DNA of 32,000 bases, from positions 4,260,001 to 4,292,000 of the forward strand of contig OY969938.1 of assembly GCA_963704755.1 (NCBI GenBank), given 5' to 3'. The stretch comes from an uncultured Chloroflexia bacterium (lineage in GTDB: Bacteria > Chloroflexota > Anaerolineae > Anaerolineales > Anaerolineaceae). A program made the translations under genes and the position numbers. Below the pieces are notes generated by a model, which worked only from the letters and a program-made list of their open reading frames with translations, ran no database searches and had not been told where the DNA came from. This document shows positions 18,669-26,919 of this stretch, piece by piece; the first letter of the stretch is position 1, and the number at the start of each line of letters is the position of its first letter.

Positions 18669-20123
18669 ATGCGTCTGCGATTTTTCCTGACCTTTAGCGT
18701 GATAGCCCTGGTTTCAGTGCTGGCCGTGGTGATCTTTTTCCGCATCGACGCCGGCAATCAGGTGAGCCAGTATATCTCTCAGGGGGGGATGTATGGCTTG
18801 AACCAGCTCGTCCAACAATTAGAAGATTATTATGACCAGAATAATAGCTGGAATGGGGTGCAATCGGTGGTGGACGGGTTTGTCCAACAGAACGGAATGC
18901 ATTTCGGCCAGGGCCGCGGCAACGGGAACGGCCAAGGAAACGGCCAGGGCAACGGCCAAGGAAATGGACAGGGGAACGGGCAGGGCAATGGCCAGGGGAT
19001 GATGATGGGCGGTACCTCGATGAACCTGGATCTCTACCTGGCGGATGCAAGCGGCAACCTGGTGTACAATTCGACAGGGATTTCACAGGTGAGCCACTAC
19101 TCGCCCGACGAACTGGCCCAGGGGATTGCCCTGACCAATAAGGCCGACAATCGCGTAGGGTATCTGCTCGTCCCTGGCGTTGTAGTCGCCGACCCGGCCT
19201 ACCAGCAAGGGTTGGTCGACAAAATTTCTTCGGCGGGTATCTCAGCCGGGCTGGTGGCCCTGGTGATCGCCCTGGTGCTGACCCTGATCCTGTCCGGCAG
19301 TTTGCTGCGGCCTATCCAGTCGTTGAGCAAGGCGGCCAAAGCGATGGCGGCCGGGGACCTGACCCAGCGCGCCCAGGTGAGCGGCAAGGATGAACTGGCC
19401 GGCCTGGCGACGACCTTCAACCAGATGGCGTCTTCATTGGAAAGCTCCGAGCAGCGCCGCAAGGCCCTGACGGCCGATATCGCCCACGAACTGCGCACTC
19501 CGCTGGCCGTGCAGCGCGCCCAGGCGGAAGCGATTTTGGACGGGGTGTACCCGCTGGACGAGGAAAACCTGCAAAAGGTGCTTTCGCAAAACGAACTGTT
19601 GACCCGCCTGGTCGAGGACCTGCGTACCCTGGCCCTGGCCGATTCGGGCGAACTAGCGTTGAAAAAAACACGAGTTAACCTTACCGGGCTGGTTCAAGAG
19701 GTGGTGGACCGGTTTGTCCCGGCGGTCCAGCCGCGTGAACTGGTCTTTCGGCCTTGCGCCGACTCGCCAGTGTTTGTCAATGGTGACCCGCTGCGGATCG
19801 AACAAATTTTGAATAACTTATTCAGTAACGCCATTCGCTATACGCCGGAGGACGGACGGATCGAGGTGAACTGCTCGAGCCGGGTTGGGCAGGTGGAGAT
19901 CATCGTCCACGATTCCGGGCCGGGAATCCCATCCGAGGACCTGGAGCGCATCTTCGACCGCTTCTACCGGGCCGAGCATTCGCGCAGCCGGGATGCCGGT
20001 GGAGCCGGCCTGGGTCTGGCCATCGCCCGCCAACTGGCCGTCGCTCACGGCGGCAGCCTGAGCGCGCATAACGACCCGGCCGGCGGGGCCGTGTTTGTGC
20101 TGGAGCTGTTAAGGGAGGCGTGA
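18669..20123 (+). CDS. HAMP-containing sensor histidine kinase with (GNGQ)n low-complexity insert in the extracytoplasmic domain
   Basis: TM1, a sensor region of about 170 aa, TM2, HAMP, H-box AHELRTPL, N-box NLFSNAIRYT, G1 DSGPGIP and G2 GGAGLGLAIA. ATG 18669 has GAGGGGG 6 nt upstream. Confidence 0.9.
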   Translation: MRLRFFLTFSVIALVSVLAVVIFFRIDAGNQVSQYISQGGMYGLNQLVQQLEDYYDQNNSWNGVQSVVDGFVQQNGMHFGQGRGNGNGQGNGQGNGQGNGQGNGQGNGQGMMMGGTSMNLDLYLADASGNLVYNSTGISQVSHYSPDELAQGIALTNKADNRVGYLLVPGVVVADPAYQQGLVDKISSAGISAGLVALVIALVLTLILSGSLLRPIQSLSKAAKAMAAGDLTQRAQVSGKDELAGLATTFNQMASSLESSEQRRKALTADIAHELRTPLAVQRAQAEAILDGVYPLDEENLQKVLSQNELLTRLVEDLRTLALADSGELALKKTRVNLTGLVQEVVDRFVPAVQPRELVFRPCADSPVFVNGDPLRIEQILNNLFSNAIRYTPEDGRIEVNCSSRVGQVEIIVHDSGPGIPSEDLERIFDRFYRAEHSRSRDAGGAGLGLAIARQLAVAHGGSLSAHNDPAGGAVFVLELLREA

Positions 20124-20131
20124 GGCGGACC

Positions 20132-20185
20132 GGCCCTCATCCCCCGGCCCCTTCCCCCACGAGTGGGGAAGGGGAGAAGCCTTTT
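20132..20185 (+). repeat. third copy of the CCCTCATCCC + G/C-hairpin motif (block-B-like), possibly the HK terminator
   Basis: ggccctcatcccccgg ccccttcccc cacgagt ggggaagggg agaagccttttt. Compare block B at 12637 and 12917. Confidence 0.6.
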
Positions 20186-20410
20186 TGCCCCGGTGCCTCT
20201 TTGCCTCTTCAACTAATCTCTATTCTCCAATCTCTCCTTCCCAAAACTAGAATATTTGTTTTATTTCCCTTTCACTTGTGTTAGAATTAGGACAAGTTTA
20301 TTCAAATTAAGTAACTACTCAGGCTCTTGTTAAATGTTCCCGAATTCAGGTGGTTGCTCCGGTTAGGCTGGGTGGTTACCGAAATTTTTCACTTGGAGAC
20401 AGGTGTTTCT

Positions 20411-22465
20411 ATGGATTTCAAATTGCAGGCGCCTTACATTCCCACCGGCGACCAGCCGGAGGCGATTCGCGAGCTGGTCGAAGGGATTCAAAAGGGGTAC
20501 CGAAACCAGGTGCTGCTGGGGGCGACCGGCACAGGCAAGACCTTCACGATGGCCAACATTATCCAGGAATTGCAAATGCCGGCCCTGATTATGGCTCACA
20601 ACAAAACCCTGGCGGCCCAGTTGTACGCCGAGTTCAAAGAGTTTTTCCCCGAAAACGCGGTGGAATACTTTGTCAGTTATTACGATTACTACCAGCCGGA
20701 AGCCTACGTTCCGCAGCATGACCTGTACATCGAAAAGGAAACCGAAATCAACGAAGAAATCGAACGGCTGCGCCTGGCGGCAACCGCCGCGCTGATGTCG
20801 CGCAAAGACGTGATTTTGGTAGCCTCAGTTTCCTGTATCTACGGGTTAGGCAGCCCGGAGGAATATAACAAGGGCCAGGTGGTGCTTAAAATGAACGAGA
20901 TCTACCGGCGCAACGCCTTGCTGCGCCAGTTGGTCGAAATCCAATACCAGCGCAACGACCTGGAACTGCGCCAGGGCACCTTCCGTGTGCGTGGTGATAC
21001 GCTCGAAATCTTCCCGGCCTACGAGGAACGCAAGGTATATCGCACTACCTTTTTCGGCGACGAGGTCGAGCGCATCCAGGTGGTCAACCCGCTGACCGGT
21101 GAACTGTATGAGGAGCCCGACGAGTTGTCGATCTTCCCGGCCAAGCATTTTGTTACCAGCGATGAGCGCCTGAAAGCGGCCCTGGGTGATATCGAAAAAG
21201 AAATGGAAGAGCGGTTAGCTTATTTCAAGGCGCATGATATGTTCCTGGAGGCGCAGCGGCTGGAGCAGCGGGCCCGCTATGACCTGGAGATGCTCAAGGA
21301 AGTGGGCTATTGTTCAGGCATCGAAAATTATTCGCGGCACCTCGACCAACGCCCGGTCGGATCGGCCCCCTGGACCCTGATCGACTACCTGCCCAGTGAT
21401 TACCTGCTGTTCCTGGACGAATCGCACATGACCGTCCCGCAAGTGCGCGGGATGTATAACGGCGACCGCTCGCGTAAGCAAACCCTGGTCGATTACGGCT
21501 TCCGCCTGCCCTCGGCGCTGGATAACCGCCCGCTCAAATTCGATGAATTCGAAGCGCACATGGGCTATACCATCTATACCTCGGCTACCCCGGCGGATTA
21601 TGAAATGAAAAAGGCCGACCAGGTGGTCGAGCAGATCATTCGCCCGACCGGGCTGGTAGACCCCGAAATCGAAGTGCGGCCAACCCACGGCCAGGTGGAC
21701 GACCTGGTCAAAGAGATCAATATACGCATCGAACGCGGCGAGCGGGTACTGGTCACCACGCTGACCAAGCGCATGGCCGAAGACCTGGCGGATTACCTGA
21801 TGGAGTTGGGCATCAAGGTGCATTACCTGCACTCCGAGGTGGAAACACTGGAACGGATCGGTATCCTGCGCGACCTGCGCATGGGTGTATTCGACGTGGT
21901 GGTGGGCATCAACCTGTTGCGCGAAGGGCTGGACCTGCCGGAGGTTTCGCTGGTGGCCATCCTGGACGCTGACAAGGAAGGCTTCTTGCGCTCACGCACT
22001 TCGATGATCCAAACCATCGGGCGCGCGGCTCGCCATGTCAATGGGCGGGTGATTATGTACGGCGACAAGATGACCGATTCGATGAAGCTGGCCATCGACG
22101 AGACGACCCGCCGGCGGGCCAAACAGACGACCTATAACCTGGAACATGGCATCGAGCCGGTGGGCATCATCAAGGCCATCCACGACCTGACCGAACGATT
22201 GACCGTGCCGCAGGGTGTGGCCGAAGCGCGCGGCGAGTATCACGCCGGCGGTCGTTCGCGCAATGCGGCCCAGATCCCGGTCAACGACTTGAAACGGATT
22301 ATCCACGAGCTGGACGCGCAGATGAAGCAGGCGGCCAAAGACCTGGAGTTCGAGAAGGCGGCCATCCTGCGCGACCAGATCTACGAGCTGCGCGGGGTTC
22401 TGGCAGATGAAAGCAATATGCAGCCCTGGCAGAAGGCAAGGCTGCTGTCGGGGGAGGTGGAGTAA
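20411..22465 (+). CDS. uvrB: excinuclease ABC subunit B
   Basis: [40 protein letters not shown], helicase motifs and a C-terminal UVR domain ([17 protein letters not shown]). Start moved to ATG 20411. Confidence 0.95.
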   Translation: MDFKLQAPYIPTGDQPEAIRELVEGIQKGYRNQVLLGATGTGKTFTMANIIQELQMPALIMAHNKTLAAQLYAEFKEFFPENAVEYFVSYYDYYQPEAYVPQHDLYIEKETEINEEIERLRLAATAALMSRKDVILVASVSCIYGLGSPEEYNKGQVVLKMNEIYRRNALLRQLVEIQYQRNDLELRQGTFRVRGDTLEIFPAYEERKVYRTTFFGDEVERIQVVNPLTGELYEEPDELSIFPAKHFVTSDERLKAALGDIEKEMEERLAYFKAHDMFLEAQRLEQRARYDLEMLKEVGYCSGIENYSRHLDQRPVGSAPWTLIDYLPSDYLLFLDESHMTVPQVRGMYNGDRSRKQTLVDYGFRLPSALDNRPLKFDEFEAHMGYTIYTSATPADYEMKKADQVVEQIIRPTGLVDPEIEVRPTHGQVDDLVKEINIRIERGERVLVTTLTKRMAEDLADYLMELGIKVHYLHSEVETLERIGILRDLRMGVFDVVVGINLLREGLDLPEVSLVAILDADKEGFLRSRTSMIQTIGRAARHVNGRVIMYGDKMTDSMKLAIDETTRRRAKQTTYNLEHGIEPVGIIKAIHDLTERLTVPQGVAEARGEYHAGGRSRNAAQIPVNDLKRIIHELDAQMKQAAKDLEFEKAAILRDQIYELRGVLADESNMQPWQKARLLSGEVE

Positions 22466-22470
22466 AAAGA

Positions 22471-22609
22471 GTCAGGGGAGAAAGTGTCAGGTGGAGTGTC
22501 ACAGTGAGACGGTGATTCGGTGTTACCGTTTTGCGGTGGGAGAATTGGGTCAGGTGTCAAGTGTCAGGGGAGCGTCACAGTTATTCAGTGTTGCGGTGGT
22601 TCGGTTTTT
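22471..22609 (+). repeat. imperfect duplicated motif cluster (GTCAGGGGAG / GTCACAGT / TTGCGGTGG) just after uvrB
   Basis: GTCAGGGGAG occurs at 22471 and 22563, GTCACAGTKA at 22498 and 22575, and TTGCGGTGG at 22531 and 22591. Confidence 0.6.
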
Positions 22610-22738
22610 GAACGCTGAAAGGGCTGCGAATGTCCCAAAATCGAGGGCCTTTTTAACACAAACTTGATTAGTTATAAGGCGTTTTTTCAAGGACACACTG
22701 ATGTGCAATCGGGTTTGGCGAGAAACCGACTTTATATT

Positions 22739-22854
22739 TAACGTCAATTCAGGATAAATGAAAAGAGAGGTAATTTGGGTGTGTTTTTATTCGTGGCGGT
22801 GCAACCGCCACGAATAAAAACACACCCAAAAACTCTTATCCCGAATTCACGTTA
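22739..22854. mobile_element. 116-bp palindromic MITE-like element, copy 1 (TA ... TA ends)
   Basis: TAacgtcaattcaggataa...ttatcccgaattcacgtTA imperfect terminal inverted repeats. The core is a perfect 27-bp hairpin, tttgggtgtgtttttattcgtggcggt gca accgccacgaataaaaacacacccaaa. No ORF of its own. Confidence 0.7.
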
Positions 22855-22895
22855 TTTAGATAACCGAAACCTGATGGACACCTGGGGAGGAGAGC

Positions 22896-23167
22896 ATGCT
22901 GGCGGTTGCGAATCGGTTGGGGGCGCTGACAGCGGTGGCGTTTTACCTGGTCTGCATGGCCGTCTTTGCTTTGCGTTTGCTGGGGCTGCCGGCCTGAGCC
23001 GGCCGGGGCTGTACTTCGTCCAAATTACCTGCGCATTGACTTTTCTGCTGGTCGAGCTGCTGCTTGATTATGTCTTTCACCTGGATTTCCGCTCGACCCG
23101 CTGGGCGGCGATTGTCTACGTGGTGTTGTATTTCGCTGCCTGCGGCGGCCTGCTGGGTTTGGTTTAG
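22896..23167 (+). CDS. small hydrophobic membrane protein, probably split by a 1-nt indel
   Basis: ATG 22896 (GGAGGAG upstream) gives the TM-like MLAVANRLGALTAVAFYLVCMAVFALRLLGLPA and then a stop. The track ORF frame continues with two further TM-like segments (LYFVQITCALTFLLVELLL..., WAAIVYVVLYFAACGGLLG). The track start 22775 lies inside the MITE and is implausible. Confidence 0.4.
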
Positions 23168-23171
23168 GCGC

Positions 23172-24008
23172 TTATACCATGATCGATACCATATCGAGTA
23201 AGGGTAAGCCAAGGGCCAGGTTCCCTGTAATCACGGTTCGTTGTTGCGCAATATCCGGTTCGATCCCCTTTGTGAACAGCCGCCAGGCGGTATCCTGGCT
23301 TAAAGTCACCTGGGTGGTTGGGCGTGGAACCTGCCCGGAAAAGAGCGCCCAGCCTGAGTCCTGGCGGATCAGCGACCAGTTGCCGCCGGCCGTCCCTGTG
23401 ATTTTGAATAAGATCGCCGCACTATCTTTTGCAACAATCCCGCGATAGGTATAAGGCAAGGCTCGTAGAAAGGTATCCAGAACGGGAAATAACCAGTGAT
23501 GGGTATTGAGCAAAGGTCGCCCGGTCGCCTCGCGGATGTGCTGCTGGTGCAGCCATTTCTCGGTATATTCGCGGGCGATGTCGAACCAGGCCTGAGATGC
23601 CTTTTCCCCGGCCCAGGTAACTGGAATCGGTGCCGCCGCGAAGGGCTCTAGAGAACGAAAATAGGTGAGCATGTGTTGGTCGGCCATCTTGATATAAGCG
23701 ATCAGCAGCTCCGGATTGATCCGGCGGGCAGCGCTGATCCATTCGGCGTTACTCCGGTCGATTTCGGCCACGATCTCTTCAAAGGTCTGCGATGCCGGGT
23801 TTGTAGGCGTTGGGGATGTCGGCCGAGTTGCGGCTGCCCGCCCCAGACTGCCGCCTAACAGGTGCGCAGCCACATCCTTGACCGACCATCCGGCACAGGC
23901 GGTTGGTTTATCCCAATCCGCGGGCGCAAGACCGCTTAACAGCGCAATCAGCTCGCGGCTGAGCCCTGGGAAAAGATGCAAGGTGCGGATGGGTTGCACG
24001 GGTCGCAT
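23172..24008 (-). CDS. maleylpyruvate-isomerase-like / mycothiol-dependent DinB-fold protein (TIGR03083-like)
   Basis: N-terminal DinB-type helix bundle (LSGLAPADWDKPTACAGWSVKDVAAHLLG) and a C-terminal SCP2-like part (GNWSLIRQ...VTLSQDTAWRLFTKG). Confidence 0.65.
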   Translation of the reverse strand: MRPVQPIRTLHLFPGLSRELIALLSGLAPADWDKPTACAGWSVKDVAAHLLGGSLGRAAATRPTSPTPTNPASQTFEEIVAEIDRSNAEWISAARRINPELLIAYIKMADQHMLTYFRSLEPFAAAPIPVTWAGEKASQAWFDIAREYTEKWLHQQHIREATGRPLLNTHHWLFPVLDTFLRALPYTYRGIVAKDSAAILFKITGTAGGNWSLIRQDSGWALFSGQVPRPTTQVTLSQDTAWRLFTKGIEPDIAQQRTVITGNLALGLPLLDMVSIMV

Positions 24009-24012
24009 AAGC

Positions 24013-24544
24013 CTAAGCGCCTTGCCAGGTCGGAGCCCCTTTTTTAATTAAAAATTGGCGAAAATCGTTCCGGAAATTTGCCGATGACAGGGCCCGTTTG
24101 GGCAGGAAAAAGAAATCCTGGCTCCCGGAACCGAAATATAAGATATATACATTTTGTGTTTCGATTACTTTTTTGATTTTGCCCCACTTCAATTCAAATC
24201 CATTGGGCCTACCCGGGAAGGATAATTTTAAGTTTGACTTCATCCATCGACAGATCATGCTCGGCTTTCCAATCCTTATTCGTGTAGAAGTCCAGGATAG
24301 GCATCAATAAATAGCTTATGAGCAGAACCCCCATAAAAATCAGGGCAACATAAACCGGCGCCATCCATTGAATGGCCTCTTGGCCACCTCTCCATTCGTA
24401 TATTTTTTGTCCGACAGCAACAATTGTGGCTACAATTCCTAAAATCGATATGGTTTTGGTCTGGGTACTGCGTGTAAACCGGGCACGTTGAGCCGGAATC
24501 ACGTCATCATATTGATATTTAAAGCTGGAGTGAAATTCCTGCAT
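24013..24544 (-). pseudogene. YcxB-like membrane protein split by a 1-nt indel in an A4/T4 run
   Basis: ORF 24209..24544 has two TMs. ORF 24013..24258 has the YcxB-like C-terminus (WGKIKKVIETQNVYILYF...FFFLPKRAL). The frames meet at cttAAAAtta (T-run 24226-24229 on the plus strand). Confidence 0.7.
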
Positions 24545-24718
24545 TTTTTACCCCTTTCGCGAAGTGTCGCGCGGCCAACCCGAAAATCAAACCAACGAGA
24601 TAATTATATATTGAGAAGCGGTCGCACGGATAAGAATTATCGAAGCAAAACGCAACCGAATTCCACAAATCTCAAAATATCGAGTAAAATATTTCTCGCG
24701 CAATAAATCCGAATCAAT

Positions 24719-25023
24719 GCTCAGTGGCAGAACGCGCGGGCGCGCAAGGTCCCCTCAATGGGGATAACCGCTTGAATTTTGTACCTTTATATCGCAAGAA
24801 TTCGCCCTTTTTAGGGGCCCGTAGCTCAGTGGCAGAGCGCGCGGGCTCACAAGGTCCCCTCAATGGGGATAACCGCTTGACTCTTGTACCTTCATATCGC
24901 AAGAATTCGCCCTTTTTAAGGGCCCGTAGCTCAGTGGCAGAGCGCGCGGGCTCACAAGGTCCCCTCAATGGGGATAACCGCTTGACTCTGTACCTTCATA
25001 TCGCAAGAATTCGCCCTTTTTAA
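24719..25023 (+). repeat. three tandem 105-bp units, each a pseudo-copy of the 5' part of the downstream tRNA plus a promoter-like tail
   Basis: Units are about 24719-24814 (5'-truncated, more diverged), 24815-24919 and 24920-25023 (1-nt deletion). Each has tRNA nt 1-30 exactly, a 26-nt block replacing CTCAT of the anticodon loop, AACCGCTTGA, and then CTCTTGTACCTTCATATCGCAAGAATTCGCCCTTTTTAA. Confidence 0.9.
24982..25010 (+). promoter_or_regulatory. putative sigma70-type promoter for the tRNA (TTGACT-17-AAGAAT), also present in each repeat unit
   Basis: TTGACT at 24982-24987 and AAGAAT at 25005-25010. The predicted start is about 7 nt before tRNA nt 1. The -35 overlaps the point where the unit stops matching the tRNA body. 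Confidence 0.35.
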
Positions 25024-25095
25024 GGGCCCGTAGCTCAGTGGCAGAGCGCGCGGCTCATAACCGCTTGATCGTAGGTTCGATCCCTACCGGGCCCA
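25024..25095 (+). tRNA. tRNA with CAT anticodon (elongator Met or lysidine-type Ile2), no encoded CCA
   Basis: Hand-folded cloverleaf: acceptor GGGCCCG/CGGGCCC, D arm GCTC-AGTGGCA-GAGC, anticodon arm CGCGG-CTCATAA-CCGCT (27:43 mismatch), variable loop TGATC, T arm GTAGG-TTCGATC-CCTAC, discriminator A. G1:C72 is paired, so it is not an initiator. Confidence 0.9.
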
Positions 25096-25116
25096 CAAAA
25101 AGCCCTTTTTTAAGGG

Positions 25117-25460
25117 TCAATTTGTTCCAGAAACACCTTGAGTTTTCTTTAACATTTCTGCAAGCTCAATAAATTGATTGATAATTTCCGCCTGGGAGGA
25201 ATCCCCGGCGGCTATCTTTCCCCCTAAATTTGCAATCCTTTGGCCAACGTCGGCCGAGGAAAAAATACCGTATTCCCCATCCGTGATACTCAAATTCGAG
25301 TGCATCAGGTTTTGACTGACTGCTTTCAAATCGCCAACATCTTTTGATTGTTTCAAGCCATAAACTGCATGACCATGCCTGAACTTGTGGGGGGAATGAT
25401 AAGGCAGCCCAACGCAACTTAGCTTTTTTGTGGCTTCTTTGCTTCTGAATCTCCTAACTC
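25117..25460 (-). pseudogene. C-terminal fragment of a tyrosine recombinase/integrase
   Basis: The frame reads ...GLPYHSPHKFRHGHAVYGL...AVSQNLMHSNLSITDGEYG (HxxR, second His and catalytic Tyr region). An in-frame stop lies at about 25461, and only about 560 nt are available before the next gene, so the N-terminal and core-binding domains are missing. Confidence 0.65.
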
Positions 25461-25675
25461 ATTTGCGAGAATTAAGGTTTTGCAGCTTGAAAAGGCCAGC
25501 CTCGCTTCCAAAAATCGTGATTGAGCGATGACCTCGAAAACATCAGTGGCAGCGTAAAAACCATGCTGACCAAATAGATTGGATATTGATAGCGTAGTGC
25601 TTCAAGCTGGGCTACAAACATAATGACAAGGGTTTAAATCAATACGGGTATCAGAAGGACTAAATACTTTCTATT

Positions 25676-26919
25676 TCAATTCTTAATTGAAAAAACGACC
25701 ACAGAAATTATCAATGCGTATAAATATATTGCCGGCCTCCAATAAATTTTACCCGGGTCGTATTTAGTGATTAAATCATTGATTTGTAAGATTAGATTTC
25801 TAACCTTTCCCAACTTTGACCTCTGGCGAATTATCGTTTCATACTTTGCCCAGGCAGGATAGTTTTTTGCATCGATGGTATCGAACACCACTGTTTCAAG
25901 ATAGACACTCTTTGGTTGGTCAATTCTCAAGACAAAAGAACTTAGACAGGTGAAGTGATTCCAAGTTATGGCCGGATCATATTTAAAGAGCTTTAAAATA
26001 TATCTAATGCTTCAACAGGATCTTTTTGTATAGGCGCAAAACTTACACCTTTATAAAAAAATACTGTTGCATCATAGCAACTATATTCCCATTTCTTTGA
26101 CAACGGATAGATGGCGTCTAAATAATTGAGGTCTTTTTCTGATAATACATTCTGTAGATCGTTAATCTGACTTACATAAGCATCAATCGGATGTAAAAAA
26201 GTCACACCGATCGATTGGCTTGAATCTTTTTGTACATCTACGATTTTATTAATACTTTCTTGAAGTGTAATTACCGTCAATAAAATGATGAGGCTTGAAA
26301 TCATTAGCCTCTTCCAGTATTTCCTGTAGAAAACAATTAATAAAACGATTGTAATAATTGGGACTGGAAATCCATTGTATCGGTAAAGACTGATCAGGCT
26401 TCCAGAAATGCAAAGCATGATCAGGTTCGCTTTTGAATTCAGCCAGACACCATTTGAGATAATGATATTAAACACGAATATAGCAAATAAGAGAACAAAT
26501 GAACTATAGAGTACATCCTTCCAAATCATGATCACCATCATTCCATTGATCAATGATAAAGACACAATAATCACGGAAAGAAAAATAACGATTTTATTTA
26601 CTTTTAAGTATTTATTGATTGAATAAAAGCCATATCCCACGATCAAACTGAGTACCACTATCTGGTAAAAAGCGATTGTTGCAGGTGAATGGTGTAATAG
26701 AAAAAGTAACCTTATGTTTAATGTATCAAATACCGGGTGCCAACTAGTATAGTGATTCGTTATAGCCTGATTAAATTGATTGAGAGAGTCGACTGTTGAT
26801 ATGCCAGGCCAAAATGAGAGCAAAAAAAATAGCCAAACGGTGAAGCAAAAAGCCGAAGATGCTATCCATACCTTGTACTCCAGAATAGTATTTAGGCCTT
26901 TTCGAAATATTTGTTTCAT
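25676..26919 (-). pseudogene. AT-rich polytopic membrane protein (GT-C / DUF6020-like) split by a 1-nt indel
   Basis: ORF 25993..26919 has about 9 TMs and a WPGISTVDSLNQFNQA...WHPVFDT motif. The frame of ORF 25676..25930 is open back to 25992 (ILKLFKYDPAITWNHF...). Adding one T in the T4 run (plus-strand A-run 25995-25998) fuses them. Confidence 0.6.

Noticed and set aside
18906-18998. The GNGQ-coding tract as a slippage-prone microsatellite or phase-variation switch.
   Set aside because: The 12-nt units differ at synonymous positions, and all changes would be in-frame. An on/off switch is therefore not expected. It is kept only as a protein-level curiosity.
20248-20263. Possible LexA/Cheo-type SOS box (tAGAATatttGTTTta) upstream of uvrB.
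   Set aside because: Both critical half-sites deviate (GAAT and GTTT instead of GAAC and GTTC), and it sits about 150 nt from the start. This is not distinguishable from AT-rich background without a genome-specific LexA motif.
24714-25023. ORFs 24714..24968(-) and 24724..25023(+) with internally repeated 35-aa peptides; also considered whether the 105-bp periodicity could be a CRISPR array.
   Set aside because: The peptides are simply translations of the tandem tRNA-derived units. It is not CRISPR because whole 105-bp units repeat with no unique spacers, and no cas genes are nearby.
25096-25118. GCCCTTTTTTAAGGGT hairpin after the tRNA as a terminator.
   Set aside because: The stem is only 6 bp with a G:U pair and no trailing U-run on the plus strand. 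The same GCCCTTTTTAAGGGC motif occurs at every repeat-unit junction, so it is more likely part of the repeat logic than a dedicated terminator.
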